Source of the DNA: Candidatus Marinacidobacterales bacterium
GTDB lineage: Bacteria > Acidobacteriota > Vicinamibacteria > Marinacidobacterales > DATDRI01
Length of the DNA: 64,000 nucleotides
Assembly: GCA_965226495.1 (NCBI GenBank)
Contig: OZ245365.1
Coordinates: 5,984,001 to 6,048,000, forward strand
Direction: 5' to 3'
In this document: in pieces, positions 30,048 through 39,428 of the stretch
Numbering within the stretch: the first letter of the stretch is position 1
Layout: each line of letters begins with the position of its first letter
Translations under genes and position numbers: made by a program
Notes under the pieces: model-generated
What the model saw: only the letters and a program-made list of their open reading frames with translations
Told to the model about the DNA's origin: nothing
Databases searched by the model: none

Positions 30048-30869
30048 CTACCGGCTGAGCTCCAGAACCCCGAGATGCCCGAGCACCCGTCGAGTCACGG
30101 CTTGCCTCGCTGGACCAAACGTTTGGTCGGGCGCCCTCGCCTCCAGAACGTTCGCGAATACGTGTACTCCGGACTCGCGCTCTATCCACCCTATCCACCA
30201 GCCCACATTTTCGGTCTCCGGTAGCACGGCCCACCCAGTCTTCGAGCGGATGGTGTGCTCAGGCGTTTGTTCGCTCACCATCATCTCTTTGACCATCGCC
30301 ATGGTCGTCGGCGAAAAGGGTAAGCCCCCTCTGTATAAGCGCACGAGGAAGTCGACCTGCTCTCGCGGCGAGATTCGTAAATCACCAGTCAACCAGAACT
30401 CGTCAATGCCGCCCGAGATGTCGCCATTTCCGTAATCGACCGTGTCGATGAACTGCTGCATTCGTTCAGGCCCAATACGTCTGGCCAGTTCTTGAAAATG
30501 AGGCACTGCCGAAATTCGAAATGCTGTCTGCAAATCAAGATCTCGATTCAGCTCACTCCTCTTGCGGGTAATTCCGTCCCACTTAATGACGGCATGCTGG
30601 TCAATGATCACGCCGGTCTCGAGTGCCACGAGAGAACTGAAAATCTTGAACGTTGACGCTGGGATCAGTCGGTGATCGACTCGCTCTGCATGTCCAGCAA
30701 GATACGAGTTCTCGTTGAGATCGTAGACAAGGACCGCCCCCACAAATCCTGTGGCATCAATGGACTCTCGAGCCGATGAAAGCTCACGTACGGGCGTCTG
30801 CGCCCCGATTTCGCCTGGCCCGAGGATCGCGAGCAGGCAGGTCAGTATCAGCACCGGTCTTTTGAACAT
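30048..30869 (-). CDS. Class D (OXA-type) beta-lactamase-like protein in a gene cassette
   Basis: PASTFK (SxxK), SAV (SxV), YGN, FWL, KTG; signal peptide. Confidence 0.88.
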   Translation of the reverse strand: MFKRPVLILTCLLAILGPGEIGAQTPVRELSSARESIDATGFVGAVLVYDLNENSYLAGHAERVDHRLIPASTFKIFSSLVALETGVIIDQHAVIKWDGITRKRSELNRDLDLQTAFRISAVPHFQELARRIGPERMQQFIDTVDYGNGDISGGIDEFWLTGDLRISPREQVDFLVRLYRGGLPFSPTTMAMVKEMMVSEQTPEHTIRSKTGWAVLPETENVGWWIGWIERESGVHVFANVLEARAPDQTFGPARQAVTRRVLGHLGVLELSR

Positions 30870-30963
30870 TCAATTTCAACCTTCGCACGTGGCGGTCTGA
30901 CAGGGCCGCTTCGCGGCGAGCAGGGCCACCCGAAGGGCATCCAAGATGTAGGCACCCCTCGGT

Positions 30964-31587
30964 TCAACACTGCGCCACATATGCGATATCGCCAATGGGA
31001 TGGAGCTCACAGGGGCCCACGAGCTCGCGGAGCCGATCTTCCGTGAAATGCTCCGACGTGAAACCACCCGCTGCAACGATCTCCTGATCCGTGGCGTCCT
31101 GCACCTCGTGTCCCATGTTGGCATACCACTCGCTTCGGGCCGGCACCGACGAGGCGGCGTACACGGTAAGCAGCCGTGAGCCAGCGCGGGGTGAAAGACG
31201 CTTCATTTCATTGAACACGGCCGCCTTGTCGCTCATCGTGCCCCAAGTGTTGGTAAGGCACACCGCAATATCGAACGACGCCCGCATCGGGACCGCTGTC
31301 GCGTCCGATACGAAGAAGTGGAGATGAGGGGCCGCTGCTAACTTTACGGCTTCGGTGATATACGCGACCTCATAATCAAAGCCGACGCCAAACGCGACGT
31401 GGTCATCGAGCTCCATCAAGTGTCGACCCATGCCACAACCGAAGTCGACGATCCGACTCGCCGGAGGGATAAGTCGTCGAAGCAGGGTGGACTCCTCCCG
31501 CAGAAACGACCGGATAGCGACCGGCTGCGTGGCGGGATCCAGGGCTTTGTTCAATAGACCTTGGGCGTAGACCTCATCGTTATTCAC
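30964..31587 (-). CDS. Class I SAM-dependent methyltransferase
   Basis: VDFGCGMG motif I. Confidence 0.8.
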   Translation of the reverse strand: MNNDEVYAQGLLNKALDPATQPVAIRSFLREESTLLRRLIPPASRIVDFGCGMGRHLMELDDHVAFGVGFDYEVAYITEAVKLAAAPHLHFFVSDATAVPMRASFDIAVCLTNTWGTMSDKAAVFNEMKRLSPRAGSRLLTVYAASSVPARSEWYANMGHEVQDATDQEIVAAGGFTSEHFTEDRLRELVGPCELHPIGDIAYVAQC

Positions 31588-31634
31588 TGTGAGTCTCGTC
31601 TTCCATCTCGGCGCGCCAGTCGCCGGTATAAGCC

Positions 31635-31707
31635 ACCTAACTACTGGTCATAAGCTGCGAAACTCTGCAGTTGACGCCGCCTCGCCAGCTTGATCGCCTT
31701 GTTGGGC
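31635..31707 (-). other. attC site (short)
   Basis: ACCTAAC...AAGCTG/CAGCTT...GTTGGGC. Confidence 0.65.
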
Positions 31708-31744
31708 GGCACCTCGGTACAACCGGGGTACATAGCTTACGGAT

Positions 31745-31905
31745 GTCCGGGTACGAGGAAGTCCAAGACGGCATCTGGAACATCCTCTTCTACGAACCCC
31801 TGCTCGGCCGATTCGACGAACGGAGCAAAACCTTTACTGGGGCACCTGCACTTCGGGAAAAGTGTTAAACATGTACCCGGACGTTTTGTCAGCGATGTTC
31901 CCCGT
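31745..31905 (+). mobile_element. IS481-family 3' remnant
   Basis: EEVQDGIWNILFYEPLLGRFDER tail followed by TGTTAAACATGTACCCGGAC..TGTCAGCGATGTTCCC end-like repeats. Confidence 0.55.
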
Positions 31906-31968
31906 TTCTCATGGGCGGGGCATGTTCGTCGACACCCGATACAGAATCGCTCGTTACGCTCCTTGATA

Positions 31969-32451
31969 TTAAGGAACGAGCGCATGGGTGAGCAATGCTG
32001 CCGCCACAAGTGCTGCGGCCGTCCGCACGTGGTTCCAGGCCGTCCACCCGGCGACGTAGCCAGCCCAGAGACGGCCTCCCTCGGCGCTCGCCGGCTCAAC
32101 TGCCGCCAGGGCGTCATTCCTCGGCACGTTGAACACGATCGTCACTAGAATCGTTCCGAAAAGATAGAGCAGGCTGCCCACGAGCAGGAAAACGGCGCCG
32201 GGTCTGTGCCAGCCGAGCAGAGAGGAGATGACCAGGATGACGCAACCGACAGCCGTCCCAAAAAAGGCCGTCATGAACATCGGATTGATTACCGTAACGT
32301 TGATGGACTGCATGGCGGCAATGCCTTGGGCGGGCGGGAGTCGGTCGAGCGCCTTCATCACGAAGGTCGAGAAGGCGAAGAAAATACCCGCCACTAGCCC
32401 GGCGCCAACGGCCGAGATGAGTGTTAGGACGGGAGTGAATCCGTCGGTCAT
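31969..32451 (-). CDS. DUF1772 / anthrone oxygenase family membrane protein
   Basis: AGIFFAFSTFVM, AMQSIN, NVPRN, WTAWNHVRT. Confidence 0.85.
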   Translation of the reverse strand: MTDGFTPVLTLISAVGAGLVAGIFFAFSTFVMKALDRLPPAQGIAAMQSINVTVINPMFMTAFFGTAVGCVILVISSLLGWHRPGAVFLLVGSLLYLFGTILVTIVFNVPRNDALAAVEPASAEGGRLWAGYVAGWTAWNHVRTAAALVAAALLTHALVP

Positions 32452-33332
32452 CTCGGGCCCTGCTCCGCTCCCATATCCCAGATGCCAGTGGTAGCGGCCT
32501 CCCGCGCGTACTCCGCGAATCGTCTCGGATCTCGTTCCGTCACCTGCTTGATTTCGTTTGTAATACGGCTCGCCCGATCCTCTCGAAAGTAGCGCTCCAG
32601 GTCCAGCATCCGATCCGCGAGCTCCTCAGGCATGCCCTCCGCCAGCATACCGCCCTTTAAATCCGACGGAGAGAGGCTGACGTGATTGATCGGCCGCCCA
32701 AGCACGTTCGACAGCTCGGTCGCATACTCGTCATAGGTGAGCGCCTCGGACCCGGTCAACGTGTATGCCTTTCCCTTGTGGTTAGGCTCAGTCAACGCCT
32801 TCACAGCCACAGCCGCGATGTCACGCACGTCCACATGGCTGATCCTTGCCTGGCCGCTCGCGCTGTAAAATACCGACTCAGCCCTGATCGAGTTGGCCAT
32901 GAACGTTGCGGCGTTCTGCATGAAGCTATTCGGGCGGAGAAACGTCCATGCCAAGCCGCTCAACTCGATCGCAGTCTCGACCGGCCGATGGACCTTTGCT
33001 AGGCTGTACTCCTCCTCGGCGGCTCCCATGACGGACTGCTTCACGATGTCGTGTACATCCACCGCCTTCGCCGCCTCAACGGCGTTCAGCTCGAGCTCCG
33101 TCTGGTTTAAGGCGTTGGGCCCAAGGAGAAACACCTTGTCACATCCCTGAAACGCAGCACGAAGGGTCTCGGGACGATTGTAGTCGACGACGACAGCTTC
33201 AATCCCTCTCGCACGTGCGGCTTCGGCCTTTTTGTTGGAGAAGTAGGCCGCGCGAAACGGCGCCTTTGCTGATTCAAGCTGTCGGATAACTTCACTACTG
33301 ACAGTCCCACTCGCTCCGGTGATGCAAATCAT
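32448..33332 (-). CDS. NmrA-like NAD(P)H-binding SDR protein
   Basis: ICITGASGTV, WTFLRPNSFMQN, HVDVRDIA; ATG 33332 with AGGAGG. Confidence 0.85.
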   Translation of the reverse strand: MICITGASGTVSSEVIRQLESAKAPFRAAYFSNKKAEAARARGIEAVVVDYNRPETLRAAFQGCDKVFLLGPNALNQTELELNAVEAAKAVDVHDIVKQSVMGAAEEEYSLAKVHRPVETAIELSGLAWTFLRPNSFMQNAATFMANSIRAESVFYSASGQARISHVDVRDIAAVAVKALTEPNHKGKAYTLTGSEALTYDEYATELSNVLGRPINHVSLSPSDLKGGMLAEGMPEELADRMLDLERYFREDRASRITNEIKQVTERDPRRFAEYAREAATTGIWDMGAEQGPR

Positions 33333-33382
33333 ATGTCCTTGCCTCCTTTCAAGACGATAGATAGCGACTGTTGCAAGTAGCC

Positions 33383-33502
33383 GCCTAACAGCAGCGATGA
33401 GTGGCGGCACGGCTAAAGCCTAGCCGAAGCGACCACACACCGACAAATTGTCTTATGCGTTCACGAAGCCTCTGTGCCGTCGGCTCGATCGCTTAGTTAG
33501 AC
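33383..33502 (-). other. attC site
   Basis: GCCTAAC..AGCGATGAG..CGGCAC / GTGCCG..CTCGATCGCT..GTTAGAC imperfect palindrome just after the brnA stop. Confidence 0.85.
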
Positions 33503-33509
33503 CGATATC

Positions 33510-33779
33510 TCACTTTGAGACCTTCTTGCCGTATCGAGCGAGTTCTTCCCGAACAACACTACGCAGAGTTGACTTTAAGTTTTCCTCCTGCCCGTCGACA
33601 TATTCTCGAAGGGCCGCGTTAATTAGTGTCTGGTAGTTCCCGCCGCCGGCTTCATGGACTCGGTCTCGAAACCACTGGAGAAGGTTGTCGTCAATTCGAA
33701 TCGTGATCCGAGTCTTGCCTGGAGGCGTTTTAATAACTGCTCCCCTCTTACCTCGACTGAAGTCGTATTCTTTCTTCAT
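33510..33779 (-). CDS. brnA: BrnA-family antitoxin
   Basis: MKKEYDFSRGKRG...KTRITIRIDD...GNYQTLINAALR. Confidence 0.85.
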   Translation of the reverse strand: MKKEYDFSRGKRGAVIKTPPGKTRITIRIDDNLLQWFRDRVHEAGGGNYQTLINAALREYVDGQEENLKSTLRSVVREELARYGKKVSK

Positions 33780-34047
33780 CTCTCACCTTCGTAACGACTA
33801 CGTTCCGACCGTGTCGCCAGCCCCGCCGAGATCAATCTCACGATCTCCTCCGCCACGTGTAAACGACAACGAGGCATCGCCCGACGGCGTCCATGCCAAG
33901 AGTCACGTAACGTTTTTCTTCATCGACAGAGTCGTCCATGACTGTGACGGCAAGATCATCAAACAGAACCGTCGCGGCGTCGGCAAAGTTCACACCGTGC
34001 TTCTCGAGGTTGGACTCAGCTTTGCGGCTGTCCCACTCGAGCTCCAC
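33776..34047 (-). pseudogene. brnT: BrnT-family toxin with a 1-nt frameshift
   Basis: EWDSRKAESNLEKHGVNF..VVVYTW; conserved tail VRLISA..AT..ER..YE lies in a shifted frame and ends in an ATGA overlap with brnA. Confidence 0.8.
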
Positions 34048-34116
34048 TATCTAAGTATATGCACACCCGTACATACAGGCAAATGAGGTTTCGGCGTGCG
34101 GAGCGGCACCAATTCG

Positions 34117-34239
34117 GTCTAACAGTAGCGATGAGCGGCCGCACGGCGGTGACGTTGCCGAAGCCCGCCGACGCTGCCGACCCAGCGCCTCATTGCTTCA
34201 CGAAGTCTCGGTGCCGTCCGCTCGATCGCTTAGTTAGCC
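34117..34239 (-). other. attC site
   Basis: GTCTAAC..AGCGATGAGCGG..GCAC / GTGC..CCGCTCGATCGCT..GTTAGCC. Confidence 0.85.
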
Positions 34240-34424
34240 GGCGCGAATTCATAAAGTAAGTGCAACACAGCTCCCGGATGAGGTGACCTGGAATGTGCCA
34301 CGATTCCTCAAACGACCAAGAATGGGGACTCGCTAATGACTTATTACCAGATCACCTCGGAAGAACGCTACACCATCGCGGCGCTGCGACGGGAGGGATT
34401 TTGCTCGGCCGAGATCGCGCGGCG
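34240..34424 (+). mobile_element. Truncated IS30 left end (185 bp), near-identical to 36597-36781
   Basis: Direct sequence match with one difference seen; encodes MTYYQITSEERYTIAALRREG. Confidence 0.9.
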
Positions 34425-34933
34425 AGCCCGACGTCTAACTGGAGCCAAACCAGGGATAAAACCTAAACGATGCCTTCCTTCGAACTGTGCCTTTCGAGCA
34501 CCCAGTCGCATCGTGGTGACACGCCCCGGCAGCCCCTTCGCGTGATTGGCGTCTCGCTTGCTCCCCGACCAACAACTTGCGCTCGCGGGCTCGTCTTCTC
34601 CCGCTGCTCTGCCCCTCACCCGATCCCGTTTCTAACGAACCCGAGCTCGCTCAGGTCGTACCCTTTGATTGGGACGGTACGAGGGTACCCATGGGTTTCT
34701 AGTGCCGCAGGACGCTCCATGTTCCTGCACCGTCGTGCGCGAGGCTTCATCGCTTCACGCTCCGACGGCTGAGCCTCTATAGGTGTTTGGTACGGAGCTT
34801 CGGCTCACGTACCCGCTCCTCGAAACGAAGTCAGAGCAAATCCATCGAGCCTTCGACTTCCTTACAGGCACGCGCCCGTGCCTTCGGCAGAGATCTACCC
34901 CTTGACACGCGGGGGCCTGATAGGTGTTAGGCT

Positions 34934-35428
34934 TCACTTGAATGACCTATATACGGTCTCAAAGAGGCGAGCGGTTAAGTTAATCGCATTTCGGTTCATT
35001 ACAATACGATCACCGTGGAATTCCATGTGACAAGGATAAACATTACCTTTATCGTCATGAATCTTGCCATCTTTGAGATCTTGGCAGTATTGTTGAATAT
35101 TGGCGATATCCGTGGCGTTCGTGGAGTCTAAGTCTTTTGGGATTGAGTCTTTGTGAACAAATGCGTTTCGTACAATCCAATGTAGAACTAAGTCTCTCTT
35201 TGCGGCGTTACTGTTCATGGACGACCACCATTTTCGGCCAAGCTTTCCTTCAGCGTACGCATAACAACCAACCAACATTGTTCCTGCAATAACATTCCAT
35301 GCTTCTGGATCATTACTCAGCCACTGACTTCGATTAGCTGTATCTTCTGACCATCGCTCGACCCCATGATCAAGGGCTTCTTCTAGCCCTCTAGCCATCC
35401 AGAAAATTGATTTCGGTATTTTTTGCAT
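34934..35428 (-). CDS. Hypothetical cassette protein, AT-rich
   Basis: ATG 35428 follows GTTAGGC; stop abuts GCCTAAC on the minus strand. Confidence 0.7.
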   Translation of the reverse strand: MQKIPKSIFWMARGLEEALDHGVERWSEDTANRSQWLSNDPEAWNVIAGTMLVGCYAYAEGKLGRKWWSSMNSNAAKRDLVLHWIVRNAFVHKDSIPKDLDSTNATDIANIQQYCQDLKDGKIHDDKGNVYPCHMEFHGDRIVMNRNAINLTARLFETVYRSFK

Positions 35429-35433
35429 AAGAA

Positions 35434-35451
35434 GCCTAACAGTTATTAGGC
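35434..35451 (-). other. attI-like simple site GCCTAAT-AACT-GTTAGGC
   Basis: Inverted L/R boxes with a short spacer; same core as 39118-39135. Confidence 0.5.
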
Positions 35452-35482
35452 AGCAATGACTTGCCGCGGCCACGATAAGCGT

Positions 35483-35893
35483 CTATGACGCGCGTCGAAG
35501 TCTTCGGATGCTCCATAGACCTACCAAAACGCCCAGCGCTTGCGATACGGCAACAAACAGAGCACTGGCTCGAAACAATCCCTGGGCATCCCCGGGCGGC
35601 AAATGCTCCACATGATCGGGCGAAACCGCAACGTAGTGATAATAGACGCCGAAGACAAGTGCCGCCGCCATCGACCCAATCAGGATGACCGCGCCTAGCC
35701 GAGCATGAGCGGTCCAAAGAAGCATCGCGGCTGCAAGGGGACTCAGCCCGATGACAAGCAGGATGAACGTCTCCTGCCACTTCGACATTTCGACACCTAG
35801 TTCCGAATGAGCCGCCCCGTGCGTTGCGTTGACTAGAACGTGCACGACGACGACCACGGTTCCAGCCCAAGCTACGGCGCGTCCCTTGCTCAT
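35483..35893 (-). CDS. Four-helix membrane protein (cassette)
   Basis: Hydrophobic helices with several His residues; start ATG 35893. Confidence 0.7.
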   Translation of the reverse strand: MSKGRAVAWAGTVVVVVHVLVNATHGAAHSELGVEMSKWQETFILLVIGLSPLAAAMLLWTAHARLGAVILIGSMAAALVFGVYYHYVAVSPDHVEHLPPGDAQGLFRASALFVAVSQALGVLVGLWSIRRLRRAS

Positions 35894-35902
35894 TCTTCGA
35901 CT

Positions 35903-35998
35903 GCCTAACAGGGTGTTCAGCGGCAAGCGGCGCGTCTTACAACACCCTTTTGCCTCTCCCGGTTCGCGCCGATTGTCCGCTGCAACACCGCGTTAGGC
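35903..35998 (-). other. attC site
   Basis: GCCTAAC..GGTGTT.CAGCGG..GGCGCG / CGCGCC..CCGCTG.AACACC..GTTAGGC. Confidence 0.85.
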
Positions 35999-36043
35999 GC
36001 CACCTCGCGGGGGACAACCCGACGAAATACAAAAGCTTGGACA

Positions 36044-36445
36044 CTAGGCTGAGGGGACGACGGACCATATATCCTTCGCGAGTTTCCAAGAGCCGTCATC
36101 CTGTCGTCGAAACATGTGGATCCCGTGCCCGCTTATCTCCATCGGACCGCCACCTTCCTTCGGCGCCATCGTCAGCTCGTAGGTGTATCTCTGGAATGCC
36201 CAATCACCCGACACCACAATCTCCTCGTCTTTGAACGGCTTAAGGCTAGCGACCCCCTCATCCGTGAACCCGCGAAGGAATTGATGGGCGTCGGCACCTT
36301 TGACAGGCTTTTCACCTGGCGGAATCATTTCCAGGTCATCTGTCACCAACGCAAGCAGACCGTCAGCATCTCCTCCATTCACTGACTCCCTCCAACGCTG
36401 GAGGACAGTCTGGACATCATGAATATCGGTATCTTGATTGCCCAT
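36044..36445 (-). CDS. NTF2-like / DUF4440 (YybH-like) protein
   Basis: IVVSGDWAF..Y, GIHMFRRQDDGSWKLAKDIW. Confidence 0.8.
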   Translation of the reverse strand: MGNQDTDIHDVQTVLQRWRESVNGGDADGLLALVTDDLEMIPPGEKPVKGADAHQFLRGFTDEGVASLKPFKDEEIVVSGDWAFQRYTYELTMAPKEGGGPMEISGHGIHMFRRQDDGSWKLAKDIWSVVPSA

Positions 36446-36480
36446 GACCGACTCCTTTCACGGAAATTTGAGTCCTGTGC

Positions 36481-36596
36481 GTCTAACGTTGAGTTGAGCG
36501 GCGGCACTGCAATGACGTCGCCGAAGGCGCCAGCGTTCACGATAACTCATACTTTACCGAAAGCTCTGTGCCGTCCGCTCCAACTCATTGTTAGCT
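36481..36596 (-). other. attC site
   Basis: GTCTAAC..TGAGTTGAGCGGCGGCAC / GTGCCGTCCGCTCCAACTCA..GTTAGCT. Confidence 0.85.
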
Positions 36597-37677
36597 GGCG
36601 CGAATTCATAAAGTAAGTGCAACACAGCTCCCGGATGAGGTGACCTGGAATGTGCCACGATTCCTCAAACAACCAAGAATGGGGACTCGCTAATGACTTA
36701 TTACCAGATCACCTCGGAAGAACGCTACACCATCGCGGCGCTGCGACGGGAGGGATTTTGCTCGGCCGAGATCGCGCGGCGCCTGGGGCGCCACCGGAGC
36801 ACCATCTCGAGAGAGGTCAGGAGGAACAGCTCACCTAGTGATGGATGCTACCGGCCGAGCAAGGCCATCGAGAGAACGAACGGACGACGCTCGCGGTCTC
36901 GCCGGAACCAGTACTTCACAAAGGCCGACTTTGCCCTGGTGGAGAAGAAGCTTAAGGCCGACTGGAGCCCAGAGCAGATCTCCGGCCACCTGCGCCTTCA
37001 CGGCGAGCTCTCGATCAGCCACGAGACGATCTACACCCACGTTTGGCGGGACAAGGAGGCCGGAGGACATCTATACCGCCACCTTCGATGCTCGCCCAAA
37101 CTTAGACGCAAGCGCCACAACAGCTACGACAGCCGAGGCCGCCTGGCCGGGAAGCGTCACATCTCCGAGCGGCCGTCTTGTATCGACAAGCGCCGTGCCG
37201 TTGGCCACTGGGAGATTGACACCGTGGTAGGAAAAGACGCGCCGGACTGCGTCACCACGCTCGTGGAACGAAAGACGGGCTATGCGCTGATCGGCAAACT
37301 GTCCGACCGCAGCATGTTCGGCACTAGCCAGCGAACGAAGATGTTGCTCCGGCGGGTGCCGGATCAGGTCAAGACCATCACCGCGGACAATGGCACGGAG
37401 TTCCACGACTACGAATCCGTCGAGGAAGCGACCGGCGTCAAGTTCTACTTTGCAACTCCCTATCACTCATGGGAGAGAGGCAGCAACGAGAACTTCAATG
37501 GATTGCTACGACAATACCTGCCGAAGCGCACCAGCCAAGCAGCGCTCACGCAACGCCACTGCGATGGTATCGCAAAGAAGCTCAACACACGGCCCCGCAA
37601 GAGGCTCGGTTACCGCACACCGGAGGAACGTTTCCATGGGAACTAACGAATGGTGCGCTTCAAACTTGAAGTCACAT
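36597..37677 (+). mobile_element. IS30-family element; transposase CDS 36693-37646
   Basis: HTH (RLGRHRSTISRE), WSPEQIS, GHWEIDT, DNGTEF, WERGSNEN.NGLLRQY.PK; imperfect terminal inverted repeats. Confidence 0.93.
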
Positions 37678-37830
37678 GGCGCGTATCCTTACTGCTTCCA
37701 TGAACGTGGCCGCGCGAACCAGACGCGCTATGAGAACAAGTACTTGCGTCACGCCGGGGCTGGCGCCCATAACTCCGTCGGGCCGCAGCGCCCGCAACCA
37801 GAGTGAGCTGCTGGTCTTCTACCATAGGAA

Positions 37831-39039
37831 TCAATTCCCATGCAGCGCGCGATAGGGCACGTCCCCGGCAGATTGCGCGACTTCCAGGCCCAACTCGTGC
37901 GCTCGTGCAGCCGCAGTGAGCAGTGATTCTGTGGTGACTGCAAACGGCTCATTAGCTACAAAAGGAAGCATCATAGCTGTTTTCATCACGTCGCCTAGTT
38001 GCGCCTCGTTGGACAACGACAGCGATATCTGCCCAAGGTGGGCAGGCAAGCCAACTTTGGCAAAAAATCCCGCCACCTTTCGGGCCTCATCAAAGCTTTT
38101 CTCTAGAACGAGTTGGGTTAGCAACCCAATCGCCACCATCTCGCCGTGCATGTAGTTGCGATGCACCTCAGGAACCACTGTTAAACCCTGAGCGATCGAA
38201 TGAGCGACCGCCAGCCCGCCACTCTCAAACCCCATGCCGCTTAAGAGCGTATTCGCCTCGACAATGTTCTCGAGCGCGTCATTGACTTCAGAGCGCTTCA
38301 CAGCTTCCACCGCCGATAGGCCGTACTCAAACAAGGTGTCGGCGCACAGCTCGCCAATAGCGCTCGTGGCCAAGGTGGGGCGCGCTCCTAACACTGATCT
38401 TGCCCGAGGATTATCGAAACAAGTCCGCGCCTCATACCACGTTGCCATCGCGTCTCCTATCCCTGCCACCAGAAAGCGCACAGGAGCCTCTGCCACGATT
38501 CGGGTATCGATAGCGACAAGGGCAGGGCTACGGGGGGAGAACTCAACATCGCTAAAGACTCCCTCTGCCGTGTACATCACGGATAACGCAGAGCAAGGCG
38601 CATCAGTTGACGCTAAAGTCGGAACGCTCACCATCGGCATCGCCAATCGCTGGGCGACACATTTGCCCGCATCAAGGCATTTGCCTCCGCCTACCGCGAC
38701 TACGCTGTCCACAGGTGTTGCCATGGCCTGGAGAACCTCGACTACCCGATCAACTTCTTCGGTTGAGCATTCCCCATGAAAAGTCACGACCTCGGATTCG
38801 ATCTTGGCGCTGTTCAAGCTGTTTAGCAGCCTCGCGCCATCTCTTTGCTGGCCTGCTTTATCGATGAGAATCGCGACGCGTTCACTTGGAACGATCGATA
38901 GATACCGGCCGAGATGATCTAAAACACCATCCCCTTGGACATACCTCTGAGGAGCAATAAGAACACGGGGAACGCTGGCGGCTTCTCCTTCTTCGGTGGA
39001 AAACACCGCGTGCGGAATGTAGGGGATCGGGGCTGACAT
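37831..39039 (-). CDS. gldA: Glycerol dehydrogenase-like Fe/Zn alcohol dehydrogenase
   Basis: GGGKCLDAGK, PTLASTDAPCSALSVMY, GIGDA, GFESGGLAVAHS, HGEMVA. Confidence 0.88.
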   Translation of the reverse strand: MSAPIPYIPHAVFSTEEGEAASVPRVLIAPQRYVQGDGVLDHLGRYLSIVPSERVAILIDKAGQQRDGARLLNSLNSAKIESEVVTFHGECSTEEVDRVVEVLQAMATPVDSVVAVGGGKCLDAGKCVAQRLAMPMVSVPTLASTDAPCSALSVMYTAEGVFSDVEFSPRSPALVAIDTRIVAEAPVRFLVAGIGDAMATWYEARTCFDNPRARSVLGARPTLATSAIGELCADTLFEYGLSAVEAVKRSEVNDALENIVEANTLLSGMGFESGGLAVAHSIAQGLTVVPEVHRNYMHGEMVAIGLLTQLVLEKSFDEARKVAGFFAKVGLPAHLGQISLSLSNEAQLGDVMKTAMMLPFVANEPFAVTTESLLTAAARAHELGLEVAQSAGDVPYRALHGN

Positions 39040-39117
39040 GGCATCTCCTTGTAGATTCGGTCTGTGAGTTCAGGGACCTCACGGTGCTTTCGATACGGGC
39101 CACTCACGTTATTGCCC

Positions 39118-39148
39118 AGCTAACAGTTATTAGAAGGTTCCGTCTAAC
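39118..39148 (-). other. attI-like site at the upstream end of the cassette array
   Basis: Minus strand GTTAGAC-GGAACC-TTCTAAT-AACT-GTTAGCT. Confidence 0.5.
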
Positions 39149-39428
39149 ACTTGCCTTATAGCACGCGTACCGAGCCGGTGCGACCTTCTAATCAGGTCGT
39201 TTGATGGTTTTCAGGTTTCTGCAGGCGGCCTGTTTGCAACATGTTAGGTACTGTGGAGCGAGTGGCGGTCGGAGTTGTTATTGGGGAGAGGGTGGCTTGA
39301 TAAGAAAATAATGGCTTGGGCCGCTAGTTCTATCTGTGGCGATCAGTGAGGGTCACTGCAATCGTACTGCCTCTTTAGCGAGGTGAAACGCGCGGTCAGA
39401 ACCAGTCTTTCGAACGGACCTAAAATCC

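Noticed and set aside
30870-30963. attC between the methyltransferase and the class D beta-lactamase
   Set aside because: No convincing paired RYYYAAC/GTTRRRY ends visible.
33838-33840. brnT TGA as read-through
   Set aside because: The conserved tail is in a shifted frame, so this is a frameshift, not recoding.
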